61,570 nucleotides of DNA from a virus: positions 1 to 61,570 of IMG/VR virus record IMGVR_UViG_3300023223_000518, one strand, 5' to 3'. Below are positions 1 to 9,209 of the stretch, in pieces. Under the pieces are notes generated by a model, which was not told the DNA's origin, did no database searches, and worked only from the letters and a program-made list of their open reading frames with translations. The position numbers and the translations under genes are program-made. The stretch's first letter is position 1. Every line of letters starts with the position of its first letter.

Positions 1-144
1 CGAAACGGTGAAATATGTTTGAACACATGCTCGTTACATTTTGGCACGATGACACTTTCGATTTGGTCGCGTTGTCGCAATCTCGTTTATTGATCGGTGG
101 GAAACGACTGATATTGCTGGGGGCGTTCATCATCGAAATCGAAG
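1..144. repeat. Terminal redundancy, copy 1 (identical to 61427..61570); circular-assembly overlap or direct terminal repeat
   Basis: Bases 1-144 (cgaaacggtgaaatatg...catcgaaatcgaag) recur exactly at 61427-61570. Unique genome length is 61,426 bp. Confidence 0.95.
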
Positions 145-512
145 ACCCGGGTGGTGGACCCGATCCGACTGCGGAACCGAATCTCACTCGATTTTTCGGA
201 CATGAGCGAAACGGCGGTTTGCACGTCATTGAAAATGCCAGTTTGACCGTCGTCAGTATCGACACCGCGAGTCAAGCAAATTCCAACATATTGTTTTTGC
301 GGTTTCGTCAGTGGGATTTGAATGCCGTCGACGATCAGAAGAATGAATTGGTTGATGGTATTCCGGCTGATGTTGTGCTGGCTTCCGTTGATTGGGCGAT
401 GTTCACTGACGACTACAACACGCAAGAGTACACCGATCGTCTGGACCGTGCAAAAGCAAAGTCGCTCACGTTATTTGGAACTACCCCACCTGTCTTGGCA
501 GGTACCTATTAA
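15..512 (+). CDS. hypothetical protein (165 aa), virion-module context
   Basis: Long ORF that starts inside the terminal repeat. A truncated second copy begins at 61441. Follows the MuF-like and virion genes across the circular junction. Confidence 0.6.
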   Translation: MFEHMLVTFWHDDTFDLVALSQSRLLIGGKRLILLGAFIIEIEDPGGGPDPTAEPNLTRFFGHERNGGLHVIENASLTVVSIDTASQANSNILFLRFRQWDLNAVDDQKNELVDGIPADVVLASVDWAMFTDDYNTQEYTDRLDRAKAKSLTLFGTTPPVLAGTY

Positions 513-529
513 CCGTCAGGATAGCCACG

Positions 530-739
530 ATGTTATTTGAAAGACGTGCCGTAAGAGTGGTTCGAGACCTTGCCGGCAAACAAGGTCCGCATGGTGAAGA
601 CTACACAATTCGCATGTCGCATCCAAACGTAACTGATGTCGTTCGCACGGGATCGGTTACGGCAATCGGCGTGTCTCCCGCGATCAGTGCAGAAGATTCG
701 GCCTGGGCTGAAATTCAAGCTGCGGTTGAGAATGTCTAG
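530..739 (+). CDS. hypothetical protein (69 aa)
   Basis: ORF in the same orientation, tightly spaced with its neighbours. Confidence 0.45.
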   Translation: MLFERRAVRVVRDLAGKQGPHGEDYTIRMSHPNVTDVVRTGSVTAIGVSPAISAEDSAWAEIQAAVENV

Positions 740-751
740 TGTCGTGCTTGA

Positions 752-2440
752 ATGACAAAATTCTTTCCCAACAATACGACGAACGAATCATGCGCAGGCG
801 GCGGTGAAGAATTTGACATGGATTCGACGCAGGGAAGCGCCGACACCACGGTCCATGAATCGAACTCGACGATTTTTGAGGAAAGTGGCTTCTACGTTGA
901 GACAGTCGGCGCTGCCGGCGCGAACGGACTCTACAGCCTCTCGTTCGATGTGCAGGCAATCGATGCTGACACGCAATACCTATTTTTCTTTGAGCGGCTG
1001 AATTCAGGTTGCGCGACTCAAGACGTATCGGGGGACTCCGCTACTTTCAATTCAACGGGCATCAAAGCATTCACGCTGTCGTTTTCCACGACGTGGAATA
1101 GCGGAGATGTACTGAAGATCGCCATTGCTACCCGCCGAACGGGAGGCCACGGGAACCACGGAATAACGCTGCGGATCGGTGATGCCGATACCTTCGTTGA
1201 CGAGCCATCTGCTGCCGAAGTGCTTTCCGCCGATACAGGCTCGTACGCGATAACCGGCTCGGTTGCCACGACCAACCGAGCGATCACGCTGGCGGCAGTC
1301 ACCGGCGTCTATCTCGTTTCGGGTTCAGCGACGATCACCAAAGCCGGCCGGGTTCTCGCGGGCGGAGCGGCAACCGGGGTCTATACGATCTCAGGATCAA
1401 CGGTCGTCACGAAAGCCGGTCGCGTGCTGGCCGGTGGAGCCGTGGTCGGGTCGTATTCAATCGTCGGCGCTGTAGCGACGACCAATCGCGCCGTGACGCT
1501 TACTGCAGTAAGCGGCGTGTACATTATGACCGGTTCCGTGGCGATCACCAAAGCGGCTCGACTACTGGCCGGCGGCGCGGCGACTGGATCATACGCAATC
1601 ACCGGAAGCGTGGCCGCGACATCAAAAGGTTTCTTGATCGCGGTCGACACCGGGTCGTATTCGATCACCGGCGCAACGGCCGCGCTGCTCGCGGCATACC
1701 GAGTCGCGGCCGTCACTGGCGTGTACTCGATCTCTGGGGCCGTCGCTGCGACATCCAAGGGGACATTGCTTATAGCTGTCACGGGATCGTATGCCGTCTC
1801 TGGTAGCGTCGCACAGACGCTCAAGGGCCATAATCTCGCCGCAGTGTCCGGCGTCTATTCGATCGCTGGATCGGTCGCTGCGACCACACGCAGCGTCACG
1901 CTTTCGGCGGTGACTGGCGTTTACTCAATCACTGGGTCCGTGGCTTCCACCCTCCACGGGCACTACATCAGCGCTGTCAGCGGAAGCTACGCAATCACCG
2001 GAGCGATCGCCGCAACGCTCCACGGCCGATACATGAGCGCGGTGGATGGGGTCTATGCAGTCACCGGAGCGGCCGCGCAGACGTTGAAAGGGTCTGTCAT
2101 CTCTGCGGTGACTGGCATCTATTCCGTAACCGGAGCGACCGCCGCGACGCTGCAAGGGCATCGTTTGTCCGCTGTCGCCGGCGTCTACGTCGTTACGGGA
2201 TCGATAGCCGCTACGACACGCGGCCGGGTTCTCTCGGCTGAAGCCGGCATCTACGCGATCATCGGAAGCGTGGCGACAACGACCGTCGTGACCGTCATCG
2301 GGACAACTGACGTTGTGCTGATCGGCAACTTCAGTTTGAATCGACCGTTGTTGGAAGATGTCGCGATCGATCGTCCGGCGTTTGAGGACGTTTCAATCAA
2401 GCGGCCTGCGCTTGACAATGTGCAGTGGAAGGAAACTTGA
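752..2440 (+). CDS. fibre/decoration-like protein with ~16 tandem 22-aa repeats
   Basis: 562-aa ORF. The N-terminal ~155 aa are non-repetitive. They are followed by repeats of the type (L/I)SAVTGVYSITGSVAATxxGxx. The C-terminus carries 3 x 10-aa RP(L/A)xEDVxI units. Confidence 0.75.
   Translation: MTKFFPNNTTNESCAGGGEEFDMDSTQGSADTTVHESNSTIFEESGFYVETVGAAGANGLYSLSFDVQAIDADTQYLFFFERLNSGCATQDVSGDSATFNSTGIKAFTLSFSTTWNSGDVLKIAIATRRTGGHGNHGITLRIGDADTFVDEPSAAEVLSADTGSYAITGSVATTNRAITLAAVTGVYLVSGSATITKAGRVLAGGAATGVYTISGSTVVTKAGRVLAGGAVVGSYSIVGAVATTNRAVTLTAVSGVYIMTGSVAITKAARLLAGGAATGSYAITGSVAATSKGFLIAVDTGSYSITGATAALLAAYRVAAVTGVYSISGAVAATSKGTLLIAVTGSYAVSGSVAQTLKGHNLAAVSGVYSIAGSVAATTRSVTLSAVTGVYSITGSVASTLHGHYISAVSGSYAITGAIAATLHGRYMSAVDGVYAVTGAAAQTLKGSVISAVTGIYSVTGATAATLQGHRLSAVAGVYVVTGSIAATTRGRVLSAEAGIYAIIGSVATTTVVTVIGTTDVVLIGNFSLNRPLLEDVAIDRPAFEDVSIKRPALDNVQWKET
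1223..2284 (+). repeat. Coding tandem repeat, ~66-bp (22-aa) period, ~16 units
   Basis: Reading the translation gives LSADTGSYAITGSVATTNRAIT / LAAVTGVYLVSGSATITKAGRV... through LSAEAGIYAIIGSVATTT. Units are degenerate at the DNA level. Confidence 0.85.
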
Positions 2441-2821
2441 ATGCCGTCTCTACACGAGATCGATGAAGGAACCACGCCGATCCTGTCGGCCGTGATCACG
2501 AACGAGACGCGAACGCGGCTTGCGGCAAGCGATCTGACGTCAGTGACGTTGACATATTTCGATGCGCGCTCGAAGGCGATCATCAATTCTCGGAACGCTC
2601 AAAACATCCTCAACGCGAATTCTGTAACCGTCGATTCGAACGGAAATCTGTTGTGGTTCTTGCTCGCCGCTGACACGGCGGCGGTCGATCCTGCCGCGGA
2701 TGAACCTGTCCGTAGGTTGACCGCTCGGTTTATTTGGAAGTGGAACGACACGGGCGGTCGGGCGCGCGTGGGGCAGGATGATATCGCTATCAATCTCAAG
2801 ACGCCGATTGCCGTCACGTGA
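2441..2821 (+). CDS. hypothetical protein (126 aa)
   Basis: The ATG overlaps the upstream stop (TGAATG), consistent with coupling to the repeat protein. Confidence 0.6.
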   Translation: MPSLHEIDEGTTPILSAVITNETRTRLAASDLTSVTLTYFDARSKAIINSRNAQNILNANSVTVDSNGNLLWFLLAADTAAVDPAADEPVRRLTARFIWKWNDTGGRARVGQDDIAINLKTPIAVT

Positions 2822-2901
2822 TCGGGGTTGCGGTGTCGGGCCGGATTGAGTAGCGTTTCACGAAAGCCGATATCACCGTTTCCTCGGAGCAATCGAGAAT
2901 C

Positions 2902-3324
2902 ATGCGACCCATCGATAAGCAGAAAACCTACCGCGTGGCGTTCATGTGCAGGGGGAAGTGGGAGAATAAGAATATCCAGATTCCGGAAGATACACCTGAG
3001 GATGAGGTATTCGGCGAACTCCAGAATGTGATCGCAGACAATCGGTCTGTTGGTATGCACGAGGTCAGCATCGTCGGCACCGATCCAGAATGCAAACGCC
3101 CGACAGCAGACGGCAAGGCTGGGAAGCCGAAGAACCTCACGCCTCAAGAACTCGCGAAGATGACTAAGGGACAGTTGATGCAAGCCGCGGCATCGTTCGG
3201 TTGCGATCTGAATCCTAAAGCGCGGCTCTCGCAAATGGTCACGGCGCTGAGCGAACATCTCGGATTCAGCGATAACGTGCAAGACTCGGAAGTAACGGGC
3301 GAGTTGGCCTCAACGGCGGTCTAA
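2902..3324 (+). CDS. hypothetical protein (140 aa) with SAP/Rho-N-like helix-extended-helix segment
   Basis: Contains LTPQELAKMTKGQLMQAAASFG. An SD-like GGAGCAATCGAG lies upstream of the ATG. Confidence 0.5.
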   Translation: MRPIDKQKTYRVAFMCRGKWENKNIQIPEDTPEDEVFGELQNVIADNRSVGMHEVSIVGTDPECKRPTADGKAGKPKNLTPQELAKMTKGQLMQAAASFGCDLNPKARLSQMVTALSEHLGFSDNVQDSEVTGELASTAV

Positions 3325-3451
3325 GAATACACCCAGCCGCGGGTGGCGGCATCAACGAGCGGGCGTCGGATCGTGACCGGACGAATTCGACAACACAACC
3401 GCGCGGTGAGTCTTGCGGCCGGAATCTTGCAAGGCTCGTCGGGAGATCGAC

Positions 3452-3589
3452 ATGGATAATCTGATGAAGTTCTCAGCGGCGTTGCTCGCCGCGATCTGCG
3501 TCGGATACGCATCCGGCTCGTCCCACTACGGCGTTGCAACGTTCGCGGTGTGTGTGCTGATCGCTGATCCAATCCGAAAGCGAAGTTGA
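3452..3589 (+). CDS. small membrane protein (45 aa), holin-like candidate
   Basis: Below the ORF-track size cutoff. GGGAGATCGAC (3441-3451) abuts the ATG. The product MDNLMKFSAALLAAICVGYASGSSHYGVATFAVCVLIADPIRKRS is hydrophobic. Its stop overlaps the next ATG (TGATG). Confidence 0.5.
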   Translation: MDNLMKFSAALLAAICVGYASGSSHYGVATFAVCVLIADPIRKRS

Positions 3590-3972
3590 TGAGACTAATG
3601 ATCGCAGCACTTGCACTTCTGTTGATGGCGGCGACGGCAGGATGCGATGAGAAGACGACGATAACCGAATGGCCTGGACCGCCAACGCACGACCCGAGTG
3701 AAAGATATCGGCAATGGGAGTTTTTTCCAGACGAAATCGGCCCCGACTACTTTCATATCAAGAACCGCCGAAACGGGTTGGTGAGATCGGTCAACACGCT
3801 CAAGCAGGCAGAGCACGAATATCTGCGGTGGAAGGCGAGGGCGCCGGATGCGGACTTGACCATCCAGCGATGTAGCGACGCACGCGGGGAAGTCGTCGCA
3901 ACGATGAACGTTTCACATTTGGACGAAAAACCATGCGACAGATTATTGCCTTACTCACCGTTCTCTCATTGA
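3589..3972 (+). CDS. putative lipoprotein (spanin-like candidate)
   Basis: N-terminus MRLMIAALALLLMAATAGCDEK reads as a signal peptide followed by a lipobox Cys. Confidence 0.6.
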   Translation: MRLMIAALALLLMAATAGCDEKTTITEWPGPPTHDPSERYRQWEFFPDEIGPDYFHIKNRRNGLVRSVNTLKQAEHEYLRWKARAPDADLTIQRCSDARGEVVATMNVSHLDEKPCDRLLPYSPFSH

Positions 3973-4676
3973 TGGCGGCGACGACGAACGCCGACAGCTT
4001 TCGAGTCGTCACGCAAACTCGGCACGCCAGCCGTTATGACCGCGCCGCAGAGGCCGCGTATGTGAAACAAGCGAAGTTCTGGTTTGGTGAGGACTGGTCG
4101 ACCACGGCCAAAGAACTCTCGGACCGCTGCGAGATCACCGTGCGTGAAGGCCGCATCGGTAACGGGGGCGCAACGACGTTTACTCATCACGAGAACGGGG
4201 CAGTCGATGGTTGGGACATGCGAGTTCAGGGAACGCCGGAACGGCTCGCGGACAGCATCATCCCGCACGAAGTCAATCACGTTGTTTTCCATGCACATTT
4301 CGGAAGACCACTCCCTCGATTTTTCGATGAAGGCGCGGCAGCACTTTGGGAACACCCAGCCGATATCGCAAACTATCAGGCGTTTCTTCGGCAGGCAAAC
4401 GGTAAATTCATCGCGATGCGGGACGTGATCGACGCGAAAGAATATTCCGACAACATGGAGCGTGTCGGGCTGATGTACGGCCAAGGATACTACGTGACTC
4501 GGCATCTTGTCACAAAGCACGGAGCAAAGAAGTTCATCGCGTTCCTGACCGACGACCGCAAGCCGACAGAAAAGCTGAGCGATCACTTCGGCGTCACACC
4601 CGAAGAACTCGATAAGGAATGGCACACCGCCTACTATTCCGAGATGGGCCTCGGTCAACAGTGGTGCAACACTTGA
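3933..4676 (+). CDS. secreted zinc metallopeptidase-like protein (HExxH, MA-clan-like)
   Basis: Signal peptide MRQIIALLTVLSLMAATTNADS. HEVNH motif within SIIPHEVNHVVFHAHF, with a downstream FFDEGAAALWE. Confidence 0.55.
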   Translation: MRQIIALLTVLSLMAATTNADSFRVVTQTRHASRYDRAAEAAYVKQAKFWFGEDWSTTAKELSDRCEITVREGRIGNGGATTFTHHENGAVDGWDMRVQGTPERLADSIIPHEVNHVVFHAHFGRPLPRFFDEGAAALWEHPADIANYQAFLRQANGKFIAMRDVIDAKEYSDNMERVGLMYGQGYYVTRHLVTKHGAKKFIAFLTDDRKPTEKLSDHFGVTPEELDKEWHTAYYSEMGLGQQWCNT

Positions 4677-4700
4677 CGAACCTACCATCCGGCACGGTTC

Positions 4701-5171
4701 GTGCCGGCAAGAATCGGAACAGGCCAGCCGCTGGACGGTCCGCGCATCCCGCGTTCGACACCGTCCATCCCGCGCAACGACCGGCCGAAATATCCGGCTC
4801 CGCCATTCGGAAAGAATCCCGGTGACAAGGCACGAACGGACGCGATCAACAAACTGAATGCGCGACTCAAGGCGCAAGAGAATCGAGTTGACGCAATTGC
4901 ACAAGACATCGTTTCAATCAGGAAAGACTTGGTTGAGATTCACAAAGGGATGAAGCGACTCAGCGATAAGTTCGACACGATTGAAGCCCTGATTAAGAAC
5001 ATTCCGAAAGGCAAGGATGGCCGCGATGGAAAAGACGGGAAAGACGTTCCAACGAAAAGCATCATGCTGATCATCACGCGTGATGGGAAAGAAAAATTCC
5101 GGGTGGATGTTCCACTTAACAAAGCGAAGAAGGTAGTTGAAATCCCGCTGGAGAGTATCCGCGGGAAATGA
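4701..5171 (+). CDS. hypothetical protein with coiled-coil and short GKDGRDGKDGKD collagen-like stretch
   Basis: 156-aa ORF. The GTG start is uncertain. Confidence 0.45.
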   Translation: MPARIGTGQPLDGPRIPRSTPSIPRNDRPKYPAPPFGKNPGDKARTDAINKLNARLKAQENRVDAIAQDIVSIRKDLVEIHKGMKRLSDKFDTIEALIKNIPKGKDGRDGKDGKDVPTKSIMLIITRDGKEKFRVDVPLNKAKKVVEIPLESIRGK

Positions 5172-5201
5172 AGCAATCAGTTTCTTAGGAGAACGACAAA
5201 C

Positions 5202-5483
5202 ATGCCAGCAGACGCAAACGCACAGACAGATGCAGCGACCGCCGGTGCATCAGTAGGGGCTCCGGATTCATCGACGTTCGGGGCGAAAGAAGCCGCGGAC
5301 GCGACTCGGCAGGCCCAGCAGAGTAGAAGCGACGACTCGCCAAGCGACGTCAATTGCAATGCGGCACTCGCGCGTGTTCAAGCGGGAACCTATGCGCTGA
5401 TGGGCGGCAACTTCGAAGCGTCGGCAATGAGATTCAACGGGTTGATGGGCCACGAAGCGGCGGTGTTGGCCAGCAAAACATGA
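5202..5483 (+). CDS. hypothetical protein (93 aa)
   Basis: The ORF's stop overlaps the next ATG (ATGA at 5480-5483). Confidence 0.5.
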   Translation: MPADANAQTDAATAGASVGAPDSSTFGAKEAADATRQAQQSRSDDSPSDVNCNAALARVQAGTYALMGGNFEASAMRFNGLMGHEAAVLASKT

Positions 5484-5686
5484 TCGAGATGCCCAACCGT
5501 TTGGTGGAGATTCGTGAAAAGATTGAGAATGGAGAACCGGTCGACTACTCCAAGTACTGCGACCTCGTCACCCTCGACATCGCGATCGCCGGGCAGGAGT
5601 TTGTCACCGATGCCGGTCGCTTCTGGGAGAAAGAGGATGACCGAATCCGCCGAGAACTCGAAGCGGCCAGAGGAGGAAATGGGTAG
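5480..5686 (+). CDS. hypothetical protein (68 aa)
   Basis: Internal ATG of track ORF 5354..5686, chosen because of the ATGA coupling to the upstream gene. Confidence 0.45.
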   Translation: MIEMPNRLVEIREKIENGEPVDYSKYCDLVTLDIAIAGQEFVTDAGRFWEKEDDRIRRELEAARGGNG

Positions 5687-6035
5687 CGGCCTTGCCCCGA
5701 ACGGTGACATCAAGCCGTGGTGGAAGTCGTGGCAAAAAAAGCGAGAGTTCGACATGGAACTTGAGGAGGATTTGCTTCGCAAGAACTTCGACATGCCGAA
5801 GCCAACTCCAATGCGAGACGTCAATAGCAACAACAACACCGGCATCGGGGCGAGGGGTTTGATTGGCGTCGCTCTTGCCGCAGCGATTCCCGGTCTTGGC
5901 GGTGCATACATGGCGTATCAGGCGATGAACAAGGAGCCGACAGTCATCGAAAAGAGGGTTGCCGGCCCACCGGGCAAGACGGTTCCAGGCACGAACACCG
6001 ACTTAAAACTCAAGACGCCGATAATCCGAGAATGA
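5679..6035 (+). CDS. membrane protein (118 aa)
   Basis: AGGAGGA SD lies 2 nt upstream of the ATG at 5679. Predicted TM helix GLIGVALAAAIPGLGGAYMAY. Confidence 0.5.
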   Translation: MGSGLAPNGDIKPWWKSWQKKREFDMELEEDLLRKNFDMPKPTPMRDVNSNNNTGIGARGLIGVALAAAIPGLGGAYMAYQAMNKEPTVIEKRVAGPPGKTVPGTNTDLKLKTPIIRE

Positions 6036-6061
6036 TCCCGCCTCGTATGGGGCGGATCACC

Positions 6062-6103
6062 GCGATCTCCGATGTACCGCAACCGGCCGGAGATCGCTTT
6101 TTT
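6062..6103 (+). terminator. Rho-independent terminator
   Basis: GCGATCTCC (6062-6070) pairs with GGAGATCGC (6089-6097), giving a 9-bp stem, followed by TTTTTT (6098-6103). Confidence 0.6.
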
Positions 6104-6121
6104 CACGCGCTCTTGAATTGA

Positions 6122-7339
6122 ATGCCTGCGTTCGTCACGCTTTCCGGCGCAACTTCACCGATCCGGAGCGACAGACGAATGCCCTCGACATGCACATTCT
6201 GCGACGCGGAACACGATGCCGACTCGTGCGATAATTGCGAAACGCTCGCCGCGCTGTATGAAGACGATCGGCCGATCGCCGGCGGTGGCGACGTTCAATA
6301 CGGCTCGCGGCTCGCAGTGAAGCAACAGCTTGACGGCTCGGCGATGACAGCCGATTTCATCATCGTCACCCGACAGAACAACGAGCCGAATCTTCACGGC
6401 AACATGGTGCAGATCGGCAAGACGAAATTTGGTACAGGACTCGGTCTTTCCTATCATGAGATCGCGCGGCCCGTCTTATTGGAGCATGGATTCGACTTCC
6501 CGTTTCCAATCGGTGTGAGCGAAGATCAGCGTGGTAACTATTCGGTCAAGCGGCAAGGCTCAAAAACGGCGACGGCGACGGTCCGATTCTCGCAAGCCCT
6601 ACCTGAAGCGGAACTCGTGTTCGCGATGCTGGATGAGGGCACGATCCGGATGGCGTCGATTGGCTTCCGTATCCTGAAAGCAATGCGGCTTAAACAGACG
6701 CCGGCTCCGGCGCTTGAGGCCGGCGTCGAGGATTGGACGTTCGGTCGAGGGCACGATTTCGTTGAGACGCTCTTGCTTGAATGGTCGATCGTACATTCCG
6801 GAGCCGATGCCGGATCGCTGAGACAATGTCTTGATGCTGGCAAGGTGGGCACATGCCGTATTCCGGATACGTTGAAGAGATCATTCGAGCGATACGCAGC
6901 GACGACGCGGCCGCAAGGCATAGGCGTTGAATTCACCGGCAGTACAGACGACGCTCGGCGAACATTGGTCACACCGACAGCGCAGGCAAGGATTGCTCTC
7001 GACGAGATGGGTGTAACAATACCGGAGCCGCTCACACTGCGAACGCGCAGATTGACGCTCCGGATGAATTATCCGGAAGAATTGTGCGATACACCAGCGC
7101 TGACCGCCGCGCTGCAGGCGGAAGCCGATAGATTCGTAGCTGCGGAAGCCGCGAGGCTTGATCGGGAAATTCTCGTAGATTCCCCGAATGCGGTTGACAC
7201 GAATGAACCGAATGACTCAACTCAGCCCGTAGTGGAGATCGACGCCCTTACGATTGGTCAGTGTTTGGCCGCTTCAATCACGCCGGAGACCAAGCCGTCA
7301 TTCGGTTCGATTGGAGAAGAAATCGCATCATCGTTGTAG
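6122..7339 (+). CDS. prohead protease (HK97 family) with C-terminal scaffold-like extension
   Basis: Protease-like core (PVLLEHGFDFPFPIGV, ASIGFRILKA, LLEWSIVHSGADAGS). Sits directly upstream of the capsid gene. The start is uncertain. Confidence 0.7.
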   Translation: MPAFVTLSGATSPIRSDRRMPSTCTFCDAEHDADSCDNCETLAALYEDDRPIAGGGDVQYGSRLAVKQQLDGSAMTADFIIVTRQNNEPNLHGNMVQIGKTKFGTGLGLSYHEIARPVLLEHGFDFPFPIGVSEDQRGNYSVKRQGSKTATATVRFSQALPEAELVFAMLDEGTIRMASIGFRILKAMRLKQTPAPALEAGVEDWTFGRGHDFVETLLLEWSIVHSGADAGSLRQCLDAGKVGTCRIPDTLKRSFERYAATTRPQGIGVEFTGSTDDARRTLVTPTAQARIALDEMGVTIPEPLTLRTRRLTLRMNYPEELCDTPALTAALQAEADRFVAAEAARLDREILVDSPNAVDTNEPNDSTQPVVEIDALTIGQCLAASITPETKPSFGSIGEEIASSL

Positions 7340-7357
7340 AGCCGGAGTCGATCTCAA

Positions 7358-9109
7358 ATGTCGAAATACAAGTCAAACATCGGCGGCGGTTGGGGCATCA
7401 ATCCTTTCGGGCTTGGAACGCTCTGCGATGGAGCAAGTGATGCGGCCGCAAACGGCGGTGCGAGCAACGCGGCCGGCGGCGGGACCGTAACGCCGGCTGC
7501 GGACCCGGCAACTCCACCGGCCAACGCGATCGCAAACACTGCCCTCTCGCCCGATCAATTGCAATCGATCATCGGCCCGGTTCAAACGGCTGTGCGTGAA
7601 ACCGTTACGCAGACAATCGAGCCGCTTCGAACCGATATCGCTGGATTGCGAACGGCCGTTGACGGATTGGAATCATGGCGGGAAGAAGTCACCCAAGCGG
7701 CCGCGGCGAATCGCCCCGCACACAATCAAGCGTCCGCGCTGTTCGGCGGCGGCGGCGAGCAACGGCACGGCGTGCGAACCGGTGAAGACCCGATGACGAG
7801 CCGCGGGTTTTCAATGATTCGTGTGATCGGGTTGCGGCAAGGGCGATTGAGCCCCGACACGTGCAAGCCGGAATTGGAAATGAGTCAGATGTTGCACGAC
7901 GTCTACGCAACGGGCGGCTTCATACCGGAGGGTGGACTCAGTTCGATTCTCGTGCCGCTGGGCGTCGGCATGTTGCCATCAGAAGAATACTCGGAAGGTG
8001 GATTGACTACCCAACAACTCACCGGAATCCGTCAATACATGTCGGCTGGCGTTGCAGGCATTGATCCCGACCGCTGGAAGTGGACCGTTCAACAGCTTGG
8101 CATTGCGGGTGGATTCTTCAGCGGGGCATCAACACCCACGGTCCGGCAAGACTTGTCGCAATTCGACGATACGGGACTCGGTAACTTTCTCGGCGCGACG
8201 ACCAAAGGCGAGTTGATCGAACTCATTCGCGCGATGGAAGTATTCAGCCGCGTCGGCGCAACGAATCTCACGCTGCCCCCGAATGGCCGGCTGATGTTCG
8301 ACAAGCACACGGGAGCCGTTACCGCATTCTGGGTCGGGGAAGTTCCAAGCGACAAGTCGATCCCGACGATCACAGCTTCAGAGCCGACGACTGGCTCACT
8401 GACGTTGCTCGCCAAAAAACTGGCCGTGCTGGTCAAGCTGCCGAACGAGTTGATCCGATTCGCAACGAGCGAACTTGAGGCGTTCATCCGCAACGACATG
8501 GCGAGAACGATGTCACTGGAAGCTGACTTGGCCATGATTGAAGGCGAAGGCGGAACGAGAATCCGAGGGTTGCTTTCGTCGGAAATTCAAGAGCGGCAAC
8601 CCGGGACGGAAGCCGCTAACGGCGATACGTTCGAACCGGAAGACGTCACGCTCGCCAAGTCGGATATCGAGGAAGCGAACCACGACACCGAAGACGGCTC
8701 GTTCTTCTGGACGATGCGACCGAAGATGTGGGCCAACATTCGAAACCGACGCGCTGCCGCTCATACAGCGGCTGTGTTCGATGGTCCGTGGCTGTTCCCA
8801 ATAAATCGCGACGACATTGGAAGCGGGCAAGCGGCGCGATTGGACGGCGATCCTGTTGTGCGATCGACGCAGATTTCCAACACGCGAGCGAAGGGATCGT
8901 CAAGCGATCTCACTTTTATTCTATATGGAGTCGCTCGACACTATCTGATCGCTCGCGCTGGCGTGATTGAATTCGCGACGTCAGTCGAAGGTGACACGCC
9001 GTTCCAAACCGATCAGACTTGGATTCGCGCGATTCAGCACATCGACGCCGGAGCGCGATATGAAAACGCGTTCGGATTTATGGACGACATCGATCAAGAC
9101 TTGCCGTAA
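7358..9109 (+). CDS. major capsid protein, HK97 fold, with long N-terminal delta/scaffold domain
   Basis: 583 aa. Coiled-coil N-terminus, then a capsid-like core (LAKKLAVLVKLPNELIRFA). Sits after the protease and is followed by a strong terminator one gene downstream. Confidence 0.8.
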   Translation: MSKYKSNIGGGWGINPFGLGTLCDGASDAAANGGASNAAGGGTVTPAADPATPPANAIANTALSPDQLQSIIGPVQTAVRETVTQTIEPLRTDIAGLRTAVDGLESWREEVTQAAAANRPAHNQASALFGGGGEQRHGVRTGEDPMTSRGFSMIRVIGLRQGRLSPDTCKPELEMSQMLHDVYATGGFIPEGGLSSILVPLGVGMLPSEEYSEGGLTTQQLTGIRQYMSAGVAGIDPDRWKWTVQQLGIAGGFFSGASTPTVRQDLSQFDDTGLGNFLGATTKGELIELIRAMEVFSRVGATNLTLPPNGRLMFDKHTGAVTAFWVGEVPSDKSIPTITASEPTTGSLTLLAKKLAVLVKLPNELIRFATSELEAFIRNDMARTMSLEADLAMIEGEGGTRIRGLLSSEIQERQPGTEAANGDTFEPEDVTLAKSDIEEANHDTEDGSFFWTMRPKMWANIRNRRAAAHTAAVFDGPWLFPINRDDIGSGQAARLDGDPVVRSTQISNTRAKGSSSDLTFILYGVARHYLIARAGVIEFATSVEGDTPFQTDQTWIRAIQHIDAGARYENAFGFMDDIDQDLP

Positions 9110-9209
9110 TCACACAGCTCCTTCGCCCCACCCTATCGATTAGGTCGATCTCTCGGTGGGGTCGGGGCAAGGTTTTTCAAACCATACTTTCGACAGCCGG
9201 AGCAAAACG

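Noticed and set aside
1223-2284. Regular ~66-bp periodicity, and the 9-bp repeat at 38327-38374, considered as CRISPR-like or satellite arrays.
   Set aside because: Both are in-frame coding repeats without unique spacers, and there are no cas genes. No CRISPR array is present.
752-2440. Diversity-generating retroelement targeting the repeat or fibre genes.
   Set aside because: No reverse transcriptase ORF and no template/variable repeat pair with A-specific mismatches were found.
6036-6061. Short GC hairpin (CCGCC...GGCGG) right after the stop at 6035, considered as a terminator.
   Set aside because: Imperfect 5-bp stem without a T-tract. The adjacent 6062-6103 hairpin with T6 is the better terminator.
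7234-7490. Internal GGAGATCGAC at 7234-7243 followed by a TTG-initiated 78-aa ORF (7254..7490). Considered as a nested scaffold gene.
   Set aside because: The ORF is out of frame with the protease or scaffold, R-rich, and runs across the capsid gene start. The motif here is simply Glu-Ile-Asp codons.
7347-9154. Reverse-complement copies of the start element (GTCGATCTC) at 7347-7355 and 9146-9154 flanking the capsid gene, considered as a regulatory inverted pair.
   Set aside because: Both copies are in the same orientation, so they cannot pair with each other. With only two flanking copies (others lie at 23082 and 25341 inside genes), the pattern is anecdotal. It is mentioned under the motif finding only.
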